IMG/VR virus record: IMGVR_UViG_3300037462_000914 | Location: 1 to 37,256 of that record | DNA length: 37,256 nucleotides | Source: a virus | Lineage: Duplodnaviria; Caudoviricetes | Strand: one strand, 5' to 3' | Shown: piece by piece, positions 1-9,016 of the stretch | How positions within the stretch are numbered: position 1 is the stretch's first letter | Layout of the letters: every line of letters starts with the position of its first letter | The notes under the pieces: model-generated | Databases searched by the model: none | The model's input: the letters and a program-made list of their open reading frames with translations, nothing else | Told to the model about the DNA's origin: nothing | Translations under genes and position numbers: made by a program

Positions 1-765
1 GTTGCCGATTCCGTTTGCGTGGCGTGCGGCGGTTACCCCAAAAGCGAACAATTCGGCTGGATTGCCGCCTTGGGCCACACGTTCGAGGAGCCGGTGCCGT
101 CGCTGTTCACGTTCAACATGCCGAAAAATCCCGTGACTGAACTCATGGGCGTGTCGGTGCCGCAGGCCACGGCCAAAGTGGCCGCTTCCAAACTGTCCGA
201 GACCGCCCCGCTACTGGTGACGCACTGGGGCATGAGCGGCCCCGCCGTGCTGCGGCTGTCGGCGTGGGGTGCGCGGGTGTTGCACGAAAAACAATACGTT
301 TTCACGGCGTTGGTGAACTGGCTGGCCGAAACAACGGAAGAAACCGTGCGGGGCGAGTTTCAAAAGCTCCGGTTTCAGTCGCCGGCCCAAAAAATCACGA
401 ATGCCAATCCGTTCCGATTGCCGCAGCGTTTGTGGCAGTTTTTGCTGCAAAAAGCGGGCATCAACGAAAACCTCCGCTGGGCTGATTTACCCGCCAAAGA
501 ACAAAACCGCCTCATCAAGCTGCTCACCAACGACGAGTACCCGGTACAGGGCAAGACCACCTTTAAAGAGGAATTCGTCACCTGCGGCGGTGTGAAATTG
601 GCTGAAATAGAGCCGAATACAATGGAAAGCCGATTGGTGTCCAACCTGTTTTTCGCGGGCGAGGTAATGGACGTGGACGGCATCACGGGCGGCTTCAATT
701 TCCAGCACGCGTGGACAAGCGGCTGGCTGGCGGCGAAGGCCGTGGCTGGTAGAGTGGTTTCTTAA
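1..765 (+). CDS. NAD(P)/FAD-dependent oxidoreductase, HI0933/YhiN/BaiN family (5'-partial, host gene)
   Basis: Frame is open from base 1. Motifs LLVTHWGMSGPAVL, FVTCGGV and LFFAGEVMDVDGITGGFNFQHAWTSG are typical of the family C-terminus. Confidence 0.92.
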   Translation, partial: VADSVCVACGGYPKSEQFGWIAALGHTFEEPVPSLFTFNMPKNPVTELMGVSVPQATAKVAASKLSETAPLLVTHWGMSGPAVLRLSAWGARVLHEKQYVFTALVNWLAETTEETVRGEFQKLRFQSPAQKITNANPFRLPQRLWQFLLQKAGINENLRWADLPAKEQNRLIKLLTNDEYPVQGKTTFKEEFVTCGGVKLAEIEPNTMESRLVSNLFFAGEVMDVDGITGGFNFQHAWTSGWLAAKAVAGRVVS

Positions 766-784
766 CTGAATACATGCGAAACTT

Positions 785-1045
785 ATGTTCAGTCAAATTA
801 AATCTTTCTTCAAGAAGACAGAGCAGAATGATTCTGTTGACGCACTGCTAATTCCCACTTCAGAGACCTTCATTGACGATAAATGGGAAAAGACACTCGG
901 CATTTCCTCTCCTGTGTTCACTTTGACCGAACGAGTGTATCATAATCAGAAATTTACATTGCTGATGTTACTTAAAAGCTATGGTGTAAAAAACGGTAAA
1001 GCCAAGGTTAGGTACAAGTATGAGATTATGTCAGAAAATGTATAA
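785..1045 (+). CDS. AT-rich hypothetical protein, probably truncated by prophage insertion
   Basis: 86-aa ORF whose stop (TAA 1043-1045) lies inside the proposed prophage terminus TGTATAA. Confidence 0.5.
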   Translation: MFSQIKSFFKKTEQNDSVDALLIPTSETFIDDKWEKTLGISSPVFTLTERVYHNQKFTLLMLLKSYGVKNGKAKVRYKYEIMSENV

Positions 1046-1047
1046 TC

Positions 1048-1091
1048 GGCCAATCAAAAACTACACAAAAGGCCAATCAAAAACTACACAA
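1048..1091 (+). repeat. Tandem 21-bp direct repeat (23-bp period), putative transposase-binding sites at the prophage end
   Basis: ggccaatcaaaaactacacaa at 1048-1068 and 1071-1091, starting 9 bp after the T of TG at 1039. Confidence 0.75.
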
Positions 1092-1165
1092 GAAAAAATT
1101 TAGGCGTGTCTAAATTTTAGAGAGGAAATTGCACTTTTTTAACAATGTAAAACCTGCCTCGTCGG

Positions 1166-2014
1166 TCACAGTGCGTACTTGGATTGAAAATAGGAATACA
1201 AGTCCGAAACCTGCTGGTCTGTCAGTGCGGCTTGGTAGGTAACGATTTCCGCCACATCGCCACGAAATCCGTTTGGCTCGAAGGCGCCCACTGCGCGTCC
1301 TACGTGGAAAAAATCTTGGTTGGTGTTCATTGTGGCCGCGAACGTGTAGGTTGCCGCCAGAACGCCGTCAACATACAGACGCTCCGTTGCCCCGTCTTTA
1401 ACCGAGCACGTGAAGGTGAATCCGTTCACCGGGGCAGGACGATTGTAAACCGTCTCACTGTTAAACTGCCCCTTGCCGAACCTGAAACCGATTTGGGTTT
1501 GGTGTGGCGACAGTGACGTGTTGCCCCATGGGCCTGATTCTGTCCATGCCAGCACAGGGCGGTCGCAACCGAAGCCGCCGGGCGTGGTGCCAACTGCTGC
1601 GCGGCTGACGGCGCACATGGTGAACTGCGTCAGGCCGTTCACGTTGTAGGCTCCGGGCTGTGCCGACAGAACAGGCTGCTGGTTGGCGTCGTTGGTGCTG
1701 TAGTCGAAACGCACCACGGCGCGGCCGTTGGCAACGTTTTTAGCGAAAACCGGCCTCAGTGCGGCCAGCGGCTGGCTGGTGTGGCGGTTGTTGCCGCTTA
1801 GGTCAAGCCATTCGCATACAGGGGCGTTGTTGTCGAAAGGATTGTTGTTGCCGCTGCCTCTTAGATAGTCGGCGTACAGCCACAAGCTGGGGCTTGCACC
1901 CAACCACGGCAGGGCCACGAACGGGGCCGAAACCAACCCGTCGGAACCGTTCAGGCATTCGGGCGGCGGGCCTTGCTGCACGGCCGCACCGAGCATTGCG
2001 TTGTACCACATCAT
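1166..2014 (-). CDS. LamG/concanavalin A-like domain protein, putative receptor-binding tail protein
   Basis: WLDLSGNNRH...LYVDG...FRGDVAEIVTYQAALT pattern; last gene of the tail operon. Confidence 0.75.
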   Translation of the reverse strand: MMWYNAMLGAAVQQGPPPECLNGSDGLVSAPFVALPWLGASPSLWLYADYLRGSGNNNPFDNNAPVCEWLDLSGNNRHTSQPLAALRPVFAKNVANGRAVVRFDYSTNDANQQPVLSAQPGAYNVNGLTQFTMCAVSRAAVGTTPGGFGCDRPVLAWTESGPWGNTSLSPHQTQIGFRFGKGQFNSETVYNRPAPVNGFTFTCSVKDGATERLYVDGVLAATYTFAATMNTNQDFFHVGRAVGAFEPNGFRGDVAEIVTYQAALTDQQVSDLYSYFQSKYAL

Positions 2015-3396
2015 AGGAAAGGCCCGTTGATGATGACCGAATACTCAGGGTTGCCGCCCACCACGTTGTCACACAAGAGCGTCACGTGCCACTTGTCGCC
2101 CACCGCACCTTGCAATACGTTGTTGCCGATTTTCTTGGTGCCGGATGGCAGGTTCAGCGTCAGGTCGCCTGAACCGTTCTTGGTTATTGTCCAATTGACC
2201 TTCGTTCCCCGCTTGGGGTTCTGCACCGTCAGGCTGAAAGCCGAAGAAGTGACGTTGGCGTTGGCGTAGATGATGTCGGCAAGGTTGGCATCCACCGTGC
2301 CGTTCGAGGTGGTCACGTATGCCGTCGTCTCCTTCGTCCCCGGCCCGCCCGTGCCGACTATTTCCAGCTTGCCGAAGGCCCAAAAACTGGAACCAGCCGA
2401 AACCAGCACTTCGCCGCCATCCACAAAGTCTATTTCAAGCACGTACACAGTCCCGGTGCCTGCATGGGCTGGTATGATTAGCCCGCCGGTGATTCGTGCG
2501 TGTGTGTTGCGGTTGATGGTAACCGGGTTGCCTTGCGAATCGCTGATTTGCACGAGGTTGATTTGGATTGGCCCCGTGTTGGTCGTGCTTTTGCGCAGAA
2601 ACAGCCTGAGTTTGCTACGAGAGCCTATGTACGCGAACGGGAAACGGATGTTGAGAACCGGCTCGGTCAGGTTGTTGCCGCCAGCCGAGCTGCCGAAGAC
2701 GTACTTGTAGGCGCCGCCGAAGCTGTCCAGAGGCATCTCGATGTTCTCTTCGTCCACCCATTGCGCGCCAGCAGCTTCGTCGTAGCCGAACAGCACTTCC
2801 CTGAGCGTGAGCATGTTGACCAGCTTCTGCTCCTCGCCTTGGTAGTACTCGAACGCTTCGCCTACATCTATTAGCTTCAGGTACTGGCTCAGGTCAATGT
2901 CCAAATCCTCGCCCGCCGTGATTTTAAGCCACGTCTCCGTTTGGGCGAACCAACGGTAGATGGCCCAGCCGTCTTCAACCGTTGGGTCGCCGGTCGCGTC
3001 TTCGACGAAAACCGATTCCTGGTCGGCCACCGCGTCGTTGTCGGCCAAGGCGTTGCGCTGGGCGATGGTCTGAACCGCGTGGTCGGTACGGGTCACCGAC
3101 TGGCTGTGCGCCTTGATTCGGTCGATTGACCACGTTTCGGTGTCCGATTCGGTCTTGGAGTCGGCAATCAGGCGGCGCATCAGGGCCAATGCCAGCACGC
3201 CGGTGGTGTCCAATGGGGCGTAGCCGCCGGGCTGTCCTTTTTCGCTGCGAAGCTGGTAGTCGGCGATGTTGGCCGGGGTTCCTTCGGGGACGAAGTTGAT
3301 GAAATCAATCAACGCCGCCAGCAGCGGGGCCGAGCGGCTGCGGTTGTTGGGTTGCAGGGCGGCGATGAACGCGTCTATGAGTTGCTGTTTGTTCAT
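2011..3396 (-). CDS. Putative tail fibre protein
   Basis: 461 aa with EKGQPGGYAPLD and TWSIDRI fibre-like motifs and a beta-rich C-terminus; ATGA-coupled to neighbours. Confidence 0.65.
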   Translation of the reverse strand: MNKQQLIDAFIAALQPNNRSRSAPLLAALIDFINFVPEGTPANIADYQLRSEKGQPGGYAPLDTTGVLALALMRRLIADSKTESDTETWSIDRIKAHSQSVTRTDHAVQTIAQRNALADNDAVADQESVFVEDATGDPTVEDGWAIYRWFAQTETWLKITAGEDLDIDLSQYLKLIDVGEAFEYYQGEEQKLVNMLTLREVLFGYDEAAGAQWVDEENIEMPLDSFGGAYKYVFGSSAGGNNLTEPVLNIRFPFAYIGSRSKLRLFLRKSTTNTGPIQINLVQISDSQGNPVTINRNTHARITGGLIIPAHAGTGTVYVLEIDFVDGGEVLVSAGSSFWAFGKLEIVGTGGPGTKETTAYVTTSNGTVDANLADIIYANANVTSSAFSLTVQNPKRGTKVNWTITKNGSGDLTLNLPSGTKKIGNNVLQGAVGDKWHVTLLCDNVVGGNPEYSVIINGPFL

Positions 3397-3692
3397 GCGG
3401 CGAAGAAGTCGTTTTGGTCAAAGTCGCGGGCATCGAAGTCGGCCGCGCCTGCGGGCTGGGCGGCTTGCAGGCTGCCCGCCACGCGCAGGTTGTTGTCGGC
3501 CATGTAGTCGGCCACCTCCTGCGCCCGGTCGGGCAGTTTGGCGGCGGGCATTTGCAGCAGCCGCCCGGCGAACAGGTCGGCGTTGATGTCCAACCCGTTG
3601 GCATCCAGCAGGGCGAACACCTGCTCCACCGCGCCGAGCTTCTGCACGGTCACGTCGAATATGCTCTGTCGCGGGTCGGTTACGGTGTACAT
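3393..3692 (-). CDS. LysM-like baseplate protein (gpX-like)
   Basis: QSIFDVTVQKLGAVEQVFALLDANGL resembles the LysM/gpX pattern; located in the baseplate module. Confidence 0.6.
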   Translation of the reverse strand: MYTVTDPRQSIFDVTVQKLGAVEQVFALLDANGLDINADLFAGRLLQMPAAKLPDRAQEVADYMADNNLRVAGSLQAAQPAGAADFDARDFDQNDFFAA

Positions 3693-3695
3693 TTG

Positions 3696-3775
3696 TGAGT
3701 GATGAGTGATGACTGATGAGTTATGAGTGAACGGTGTTTTTTAGCTCATCATTCATCACTCATAACTCATCACTC
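3696..3775 (-). repeat. Inverted heptamer-array hairpin, TGATGAG/CTCATCA family
   Basis: (tgatgag)-like x~5, then acggtgttttttag, then (ctcatca)-like x~4; fills the intergenic gap. Confidence 0.85.
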
Positions 3776-3777
3776 GG

Positions 3778-4638
3778 CTATGCTATTTTCTTCACCTTGG
3801 CCAGCACCACGTAGGCGGGGCGGTTTTCGTGGGGCGAACCTTGGCCGGATGTGCCTACCTGCGTGCTTGGCGAAACGCGTCGGTAACTGGACGAGTCGGT
3901 GCGAACGTTGGCATTGGCGGGTGTGCCGGATGCTATCACTTCTGCGTTTAGCGCGTGGCTGTGCGGGCCGTTTTGGTCGGCGGTCAGGCTCACCGTGTCC
4001 GAGCCGCCGGTGTTGCCCACCTTGGCGTAGTTGCGCACCAGCCCCGGATTGGTTTCGGGCGTTGCCGAACTGCCGGGGTCGTAGCCCACGCTGAACCGCC
4101 CGAACGACTTCTGGAGCAGGCTCCAGCCCGTCCACGGCCCGGAGCCGAGCAGGGTGTTGGTGTCGAAAAACCCGATGTTGTCTTCGTCAATCTCCAAAAT
4201 GCTGCCCACGGGCATGATGCCGTTGCGCAAAATGGCGGCGTAGTACTGGCTGCGGGCGGCGTTGAGGGTGATGTACGAACCGGCCTGCGGCTGGGCGGCC
4301 ACCATTTGGGCGGTGTAGTCGCGCACGGCCGGTTTGGCCGTGCCGGTCTTGTAGGTGCGGCTGGTGTCCACGGGCGGGGCGGCAATCAAAAAGACGGGCA
4401 GGGTCACGTCGGCCAGGGCCTCGGTGCGCAAAAAACGCCCGTCCAGGAACACCACGCCCGGCGAGACGTTGCTGTTGCCCGCCGTGGCCGCCTGGGTGAT
4501 GTCGCACCCGGACACGACCATGTTTTGCCCAAAAGCCCGCACCTGCGCGGCGATGGTTTCGCCCAGTTCGGCCTGCAACAGCAGCAGGTCGTCGTTCAGC
4601 AGCGGCCTTCCGCCGTCTTCGGCTACGATTTCTTTCAT
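3778..4638 (-). CDS. Baseplate/tail fibre-proximal protein with collar-like C-terminus
   Basis: GGSDTVSLTADQNGPHSH...GSPHENRPAYVVLA is a typical tail-collar C-terminal pattern. Confidence 0.7.
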   Translation of the reverse strand: MKEIVAEDGGRPLLNDDLLLLQAELGETIAAQVRAFGQNMVVSGCDITQAATAGNSNVSPGVVFLDGRFLRTEALADVTLPVFLIAAPPVDTSRTYKTGTAKPAVRDYTAQMVAAQPQAGSYITLNAARSQYYAAILRNGIMPVGSILEIDEDNIGFFDTNTLLGSGPWTGWSLLQKSFGRFSVGYDPGSSATPETNPGLVRNYAKVGNTGGSDTVSLTADQNGPHSHALNAEVIASGTPANANVRTDSSSYRRVSPSTQVGTSGQGSPHENRPAYVVLAKVKKIA

Positions 4639-4640
4639 AA

Positions 4641-4720
4641 TCAGTCGTCAGTCGTCAGTGGCCAGTGGTCAGTGTCGGCGGCTTTTTTTACTGACCACTA
4701 ACGACTGACCACTGACCACT
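4641..4720 (-). repeat. Inverted heptamer-array hairpin, AGTGGTC/AGTCGTC family
   Basis: (cagtcgt/cagtggt)n, loop tgtcggcggcttttttta, (ctgacca)n. Confidence 0.9.
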
Positions 4721-4724
4721 ATGT

Positions 4725-5219
4725 TTATGCCACTCTTATCTCGAACCGCTTGGTGGCCAGCCGGTATTGGTTGACCAAGGCGCGGACAATCTGCCGGTCG
4801 GTGGGCGGAACAGACGCAGGTACCTGCACGATGAAATCGTACAGGTTGCGGCCTTCGTTCACCCCGCTCAGGAACAGGCCCTCGGTGCCTTCGCTGGCGT
4901 TGTCGGCGTAGGTGTCGGGCTGCAGCTCCGGGCTGTTGAACAGGTAGGCCGCGTCAAGGCGCAGGCTGCTGTTCACGATGCGAATCAGCCCGCCGCCCGA
5001 CGGCACGCGCCGGTTCAGCAGGTTCTCCAGTATCTGCGTCTGGCCGTTCAGCTTGGCCTTGGCGTTGCTGTCGGCCCGGTAGGCCAAGAACACCGCGTGC
5101 GCCGTGGCGAACGGCACCAGCAGCACCCGCACCAACGCCAGCCACTTGGCTTTAATCAAATCAACCGGCGTAAACCGCAGGATGAGCTTGTTGAGGTCTA
5201 TCTGTACGATTCTCATCAC
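4725..5219 (-). CDS. Baseplate wedge protein (gp48/gpI-like)
   Basis: LNGQTQILENLLN...DFIVQVP...LVNQYRLATKRF; follows the baseplate J-like gene. Confidence 0.6.
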   Translation of the reverse strand: MMRIVQIDLNKLILRFTPVDLIKAKWLALVRVLLVPFATAHAVFLAYRADSNAKAKLNGQTQILENLLNRRVPSGGGLIRIVNSSLRLDAAYLFNSPELQPDTYADNASEGTEGLFLSGVNEGRNLYDFIVQVPASVPPTDRQIVRALVNQYRLATKRFEIRVA

Positions 5220-5221
5220 AA

Positions 5222-5301
5222 AGTCGTCAGTGGCCAGTGGTCGGTGGCCAGTGTTGGCGGCTGTTTTCTACTGACCACCGACGACTGACCACTGACCACT
5301 A
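5222..5301 (-). repeat. Inverted heptamer-array hairpin, AGTGGTC family
   Basis: Loop tgttggcggctgttttcta; TAG of the upstream gene is the first repeat unit. Confidence 0.9.
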
Positions 5302-6108
5302 AACCGGTATGAGCTGCAAGGTGTCCTCCAACGTGAACCCGGCGGCGGTTTCGGCCTCGATGTAGCCGGCCTTGGTTTCGTAGGTGCGGGTGAACGACTC
5401 GCTCACCAGCCCGCTCCACGCCTGCAGTTGCAGCACCTCCGCGTCGTCAAAGCCCTCCACGCGCTGCATCGCGTCAATCAGGCGTATGGTCTGCACCGTG
5501 CCGTCGAAGGGCAGGTTTTTCAAATAGTCTTTTATGGCCGCCACCAGCCGGGTGCGGAACTCGGTCAGTTCGTAGACGCCTTGGTAATACACCTTCAGGT
5601 AGGGCCGCAGCCGGTCGGCGTTCAGGCTGACGATTTCGATGTCGGTGCCGGCAAAGCGCAGCCGGTCGATGTAGCCGCCGAACTGCGCCAGTTCGTTGGG
5701 TGCCAGCGGCTGCAACGTGTCGGGCTGCGCACCGGCCTTGGCCACTTTCAAAAAGAGCTTCGAGCCGTCCTCCTTGTAGGCGGCTTGGGTCACGATGCGC
5801 TTGGCCGGGTCGATGATTGGGTAGGTCAGCACGCCGTCCACCTCGTAGAGCACGTCGCCGAACTGGAACTCGCGGGCCTTCTTGGCGTACCAGGCGGCGG
5901 TGGCCACCGGCGCGGTGTTGATCAGCCGCTCGGTTTCGGTGCGGTGCACGTCGAAAAAGGTTTCGTGTATCCAGTGGGCCACGGCCACCACATAGAACAG
6001 CAGCCCGTAGCGGGAGGTGAACGAGCCGTTGGCCAGCCCCGACAGTTGCGGGTCGGCGGCGGCCGCGTCAATCATCTGCTGTTTTATCTCAGCTATTGTC
6101 CGTGCCAT
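5299..6108 (-). CDS. Baseplate J-like (gp47) protein
   Basis: MARTIAEIKQQM...WYAKKAREFQFGD...AIKDYLKNLPFDG; synteny. Confidence 0.7.
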   Translation of the reverse strand: MARTIAEIKQQMIDAAAADPQLSGLANGSFTSRYGLLFYVVAVAHWIHETFFDVHRTETERLINTAPVATAAWYAKKAREFQFGDVLYEVDGVLTYPIIDPAKRIVTQAAYKEDGSKLFLKVAKAGAQPDTLQPLAPNELAQFGGYIDRLRFAGTDIEIVSLNADRLRPYLKVYYQGVYELTEFRTRLVAAIKDYLKNLPFDGTVQTIRLIDAMQRVEGFDDAEVLQLQAWSGLVSESFTRTYETKAGYIEAETAAGFTLEDTLQLIPV

Positions 6109-6391
6109 AGCGTGCGTTTATCTTAAGTTGGCCGTCCGGCTCCAGCGCGATGCTCTCCACCAGCGCGCCGTCGGCCTCCAGTTGCAGTTGCAGGGTGTGC
6201 TTGACGGCTGTGGCAGCGCCTTCGTCGAGCAAGGCCCGCCGCAAATTCACGCCGAACTGGGGGAACTCCTTCCAGTCGCCGGTGTTGCTCAGGGCCACCA
6301 GCCTCATGTTCTGCTCGTCGGCATCGCCGAACACGATGTCGCCGTTCACAATCAGCAGGTCAAGGTCGTCGTCAAGCAGGATGTCCGTCAT
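6089..6391 (-). CDS. Baseplate sheath-initiator (gp46/gpW/gp25-like)
   Basis: DILLDDDLDLLIVNGD...GDWKEFPQFGV...LQLEADG. Confidence 0.65.
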   Translation of the reverse strand: MTDILLDDDLDLLIVNGDIVFGDADEQNMRLVALSNTGDWKEFPQFGVNLRRALLDEGAATAVKHTLQLQLEADGALVESIALEPDGQLKINARYGTDNS

Positions 6392-6393
6392 TG

Positions 6394-6465
6394 AGTCGTA
6401 AGTGGTAAGTCGTCAGTGGCAAGTGGTTGCTTCGCTTTTATACTTGCGACTTGCCACTGGCGACT
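6394..6465 (-). repeat. Inverted heptamer-array hairpin, AGTGGCA/AGTCGTA variant
   Basis: agtcgta agtggta agtcgtc agtggca, loop, then acttgcg acttgcc actggcg act. Confidence 0.8.
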
Positions 6466-6469
6466 TTGT

Positions 6470-6667
6470 TTAGGTGATTGTTCCCGTTTGGCTCGTGGCG
6501 GTGCCGGTGGTCATTACCGTGCCGGTGCGCACGAACGCGTCTATGGCGTTGGCCAGTTTCTCGGAAAAACTCAATTTGGCCTGTTCGCCGGTCACGTTCT
6601 CCTCGTTCTCGAAATCGTTCAGGATTTGGATGATTTGCAGTTGCAGTTGGGCTTTGTTCAGCGGCAT
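6470..6667 (-). CDS. Small baseplate protein, possible spike tip
   Basis: 65 aa, KLANAIDAFVRTGTV with a Thr/Gly-rich end; directly after the spike gene. Confidence 0.5.
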   Translation of the reverse strand: MPLNKAQLQLQIIQILNDFENEENVTGEQAKLSFSEKLANAIDAFVRTGTVMTTGTATSQTGTIT

Positions 6668-6691
6668 TTTAATGGTGTTTTAATGGTGTTT

Positions 6692-7144
6692 TTAGAGTCC
6701 GAAAACGGTTTTCAAATCCTGTTCCACTTGCACGAAGTCGCTCAGGTTGGTGGGCGGCTTCGACTCGCCGGCCGGCGTGGTCACCGTCAGCGTTTGCAGT
6801 GCCTTGGCAAAGTCAATTAGGGTTTTGCCCAAATCCTTGCCGTTGCGCTTGATGCTCAACGCCTCGTATTCGCTGCCCATCAGCACCAGCCAGCCGCCGT
6901 CGTTGGCAATCTGGGTCACCAGCACGAAGCTGCCCGGCTTGGGATAGACCACCAGCCCCTCGTCGGCCTCGTCGTCGGTGGCGCGGAGCCGGACACCTCC
7001 GAGTCCGGCTTCCGTGTCCACCATCTCAACTTCACAAACCACCCTTGCCTTGTCGACCGAGACGACCTTGGCCACGCGCACCTGCGCCGCGCCGTCGGCC
7101 GCCAGCCGTTTAAATCCCTCGCGTATGAGCTGCTCGATGTCCAT
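6692..7144 (-). CDS. Baseplate spike (gpV/gp45-like)
   Basis: AKVVSVDK...GVRLRA...YPKPGSFVLV, an OB-fold-like pattern. Confidence 0.65.
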   Translation of the reverse strand: MDIEQLIREGFKRLAADGAAQVRVAKVVSVDKARVVCEVEMVDTEAGLGGVRLRATDDEADEGLVVYPKPGSFVLVTQIANDGGWLVLMGSEYEALSIKRNGKDLGKTLIDFAKALQTLTVTTPAGESKPPTNLSDFVQVEQDLKTVFGL

Positions 7145-7149
7145 TTTCT

Positions 7150-7220
7150 TAGTCTTGGGTCTTGGGTCTTGGGTCTTGGGCGTTTTTTACTCAATACCCA
7201 AGACTCACGACCCAAGACTA
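7150..7220 (-). repeat. Inverted heptamer-array hairpin, GTCTTGG/CCAAGAC family
   Basis: (gtcttgg)x4, loop gcgttttttactcaata, then cccaaga ctcacga cccaaga cta. Confidence 0.9.
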
Positions 7221-8249
7221 AACGCCGATGAGTTCGATCTCGCGCGGGGTCAGCGGCACGTCGGGTGCCACGATGGTGCCGCCGGCCACCTTCATGGCCA
7301 GCTCCACCTCGCGCCGGAAGCCGCCCGTGCCGAACGTTGTCCGCACCGAGTCGGCCAGGTAGCGGCCGTTTCGCTCCGAGAACTTGCGGTCGCGCAGCTC
7401 CACGATTTGCCCGTGGCGCACCACCGGCAGCCCGAAGCCGGTCAAACTGCCCCGGTAACCCTCGTATTTGTATCTTTCAAGCTCGCTCTTGGCCCGCTTG
7501 CGCAATTCGTTGCTGTCCTCGATGTCGTAGTAGTGGATGGTGCGTTCGTCGCCGTCGGCATCGCCCTCCTCGACGGTGATGCGCCGGTTGTTTTTCAGTA
7601 TGCTCACCACCTTGGCCTTCAGCCGCACGTCCTCGGCCCGGCGGTACTGCAAACCGTCGTCGGCGACGTTACGCTGCATGTCATAGACGGCCACTTCGTT
7701 GATTCTGTCGAAATAGGGCAGCCCGGCGTACAGTTGCGGCCCACGGAAATAGATGGCCATGCCGTACTTTTCCTTCAGTTCCTGCAGCACCCGCGCCTTG
7801 GTGGCCCGCTCCACCAAAAAGTTGTCAATGGTCACGTCGGGCGAATCCTTGTCGATCACCACGCCGGGCACCAGGTCGCGCAAAATGTCGGCCACCTTGG
7901 CCTTGCGGTAGCTCTTGGTGATGTTGCCCTCCCGCTTCAGCGTCCACATGCGGTCTTCGCACCGCAGCTCGAAGGGGAAGCCCGGCTTGATTTCGGCCAC
8001 GAACCCCTCGAACTCGGTGTTCAAATCTTCGTCGTAGCCCAGTTGCACCTTCACCGGCGCACCCACCCGCAGCCGCTGCTCGAAACTGACCTGCCGCAGC
8101 TTGCCGCTGGCGTTGACCACGCCCCGGCTGGGTATCTTCAGCGTGCATCTGTCGGAAAGCTCCTTCCACGTCGAGACGATTTCGCACGCGTTCACGCTCC
8201 GCAGCACGAAGTCCCCGATTTCAACCCGGCATGTGAGCGTGTAAGCCAT
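7218..8249 (-). CDS. Baseplate hub (gpD/gp44-like late control protein)
   Basis: Start re-called to MAYTLTC (8249); the longer track ORF runs through a repeat and the upstream gene. VQLGYD...EFEGFV...CEDRMW...GYRGSLTGFGLP. Confidence 0.8.
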   Translation of the reverse strand: MAYTLTCRVEIGDFVLRSVNACEIVSTWKELSDRCTLKIPSRGVVNASGKLRQVSFEQRLRVGAPVKVQLGYDEDLNTEFEGFVAEIKPGFPFELRCEDRMWTLKREGNITKSYRKAKVADILRDLVPGVVIDKDSPDVTIDNFLVERATKARVLQELKEKYGMAIYFRGPQLYAGLPYFDRINEVAVYDMQRNVADDGLQYRRAEDVRLKAKVVSILKNNRRITVEEGDADGDERTIHYYDIEDSNELRKRAKSELERYKYEGYRGSLTGFGLPVVRHGQIVELRDRKFSERNGRYLADSVRTTFGTGGFRREVELAMKVAGGTIVAPDVPLTPREIELIGV

Positions 8250-8254
8250 TCCTA

Positions 8255-8335
8255 CAGTGGTCAGTGGTCGGTCGTCAGTGGTCAGTGACGGGCGGCTTTT
8301 TTTACTGACCACCGACCACTGACCACTGACGACTA
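8255..8335 (-). repeat. Inverted heptamer-array hairpin, AGTGGTC family
   Basis: Loop gacgggcggcttttttta. Confidence 0.9.
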
Positions 8336-8938
8336 TTTTATAAGCAGTTCCACCGGCGTGTCGCTGACGGCGCTGAACTCGTAGGCGAACACGTCCTCGT
8401 GGCCGGCCATGTCCGGGTAGCTCACGTCGGTGAGCAACAGGTTGTGAATATCGAACAGACGCAAGTACTCGCAAGCCACCTTGACCGACTGGTTCTTGCG
8501 GAACAGCTTCACCTGCTGGCGCAGCCCCTGCGCCGGAAAACGCCCGAACACCGCGTCGGGCTGGGCCGAAGGCGGGCTGATTACGTAGCCGGTTATCTTC
8601 ACAGCCCACGTGTCGAAGCCCACCACCTCGTTCACCGTGTTGTCGGCCCCGGCTATCTTGGTGGTCACCACGTGCTTGCGGCCGCTCACCTCCACGGTGG
8701 CTAGCGTCAGTTCCAGGCCGTCCAGTTCCAGGCGGCTCACCAGCACCCGGCGGTCGGGCACCGGCCCCCGGTTCATGGGCCTGCCCGCCTCAAAGCCCTT
8801 TTCGGTCTGGATGAACGGGTTGGGCAACGCCGTCAGCAGTTGGCGCACGTCGCCCAAGGCCGGCTCCAGCCCCACGGCCAGTTGCCCCGTCGCACGCTGG
8901 CGCAGGGCGTTCTCCAAGTTTATCGTGAAGTCGGCCAT
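8333..8938 (-). CDS. Tail tube initiator-like protein (DUF6046/gpU-like)
   Basis: KHVVTTKIAG..NTVNE...V.CEYLRLFDI...AVSD; follows the tape measure gene. Confidence 0.6.
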   Translation of the reverse strand: MADFTINLENALRQRATGQLAVGLEPALGDVRQLLTALPNPFIQTEKGFEAGRPMNRGPVPDRRVLVSRLELDGLELTLATVEVSGRKHVVTTKIAGADNTVNEVVGFDTWAVKITGYVISPPSAQPDAVFGRFPAQGLRQQVKLFRKNQSVKVACEYLRLFDIHNLLLTDVSYPDMAGHEDVFAYEFSAVSDTPVELLIK

Positions 8939-8943
8939 TTTTT

Positions 8944-9016
8944 GGTCTTGGGTCTTGGGTCTTGGGTCTTGGGTTGTTTTTTTTACTCAATACCCAAGAC
9001 TCGCGACCCATGACTA
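8944..9016 (-). repeat. Inverted heptamer-array hairpin, GTCTTGG family
   Basis: Near copy of 7150-7220; loop gttgttttttttactcaata. Confidence 0.9.

Noticed and set aside
1048-1091. Direct repeats as a CRISPR array
   Set aside because: Only two adjacent copies with no spacers and no cas genes.
4641-4720. Heptamer hairpins as ordinary intrinsic terminators
   Set aside because: They lie inside co-directional operons and lack a 3' U-tract on the sense strand; the T-run is in the loop of the antisense strand.
7218-8609. 463-aa version of the hub gene
   Set aside because: The extension crosses a repeat element and overlaps the upstream gene; 8249 is the better start.
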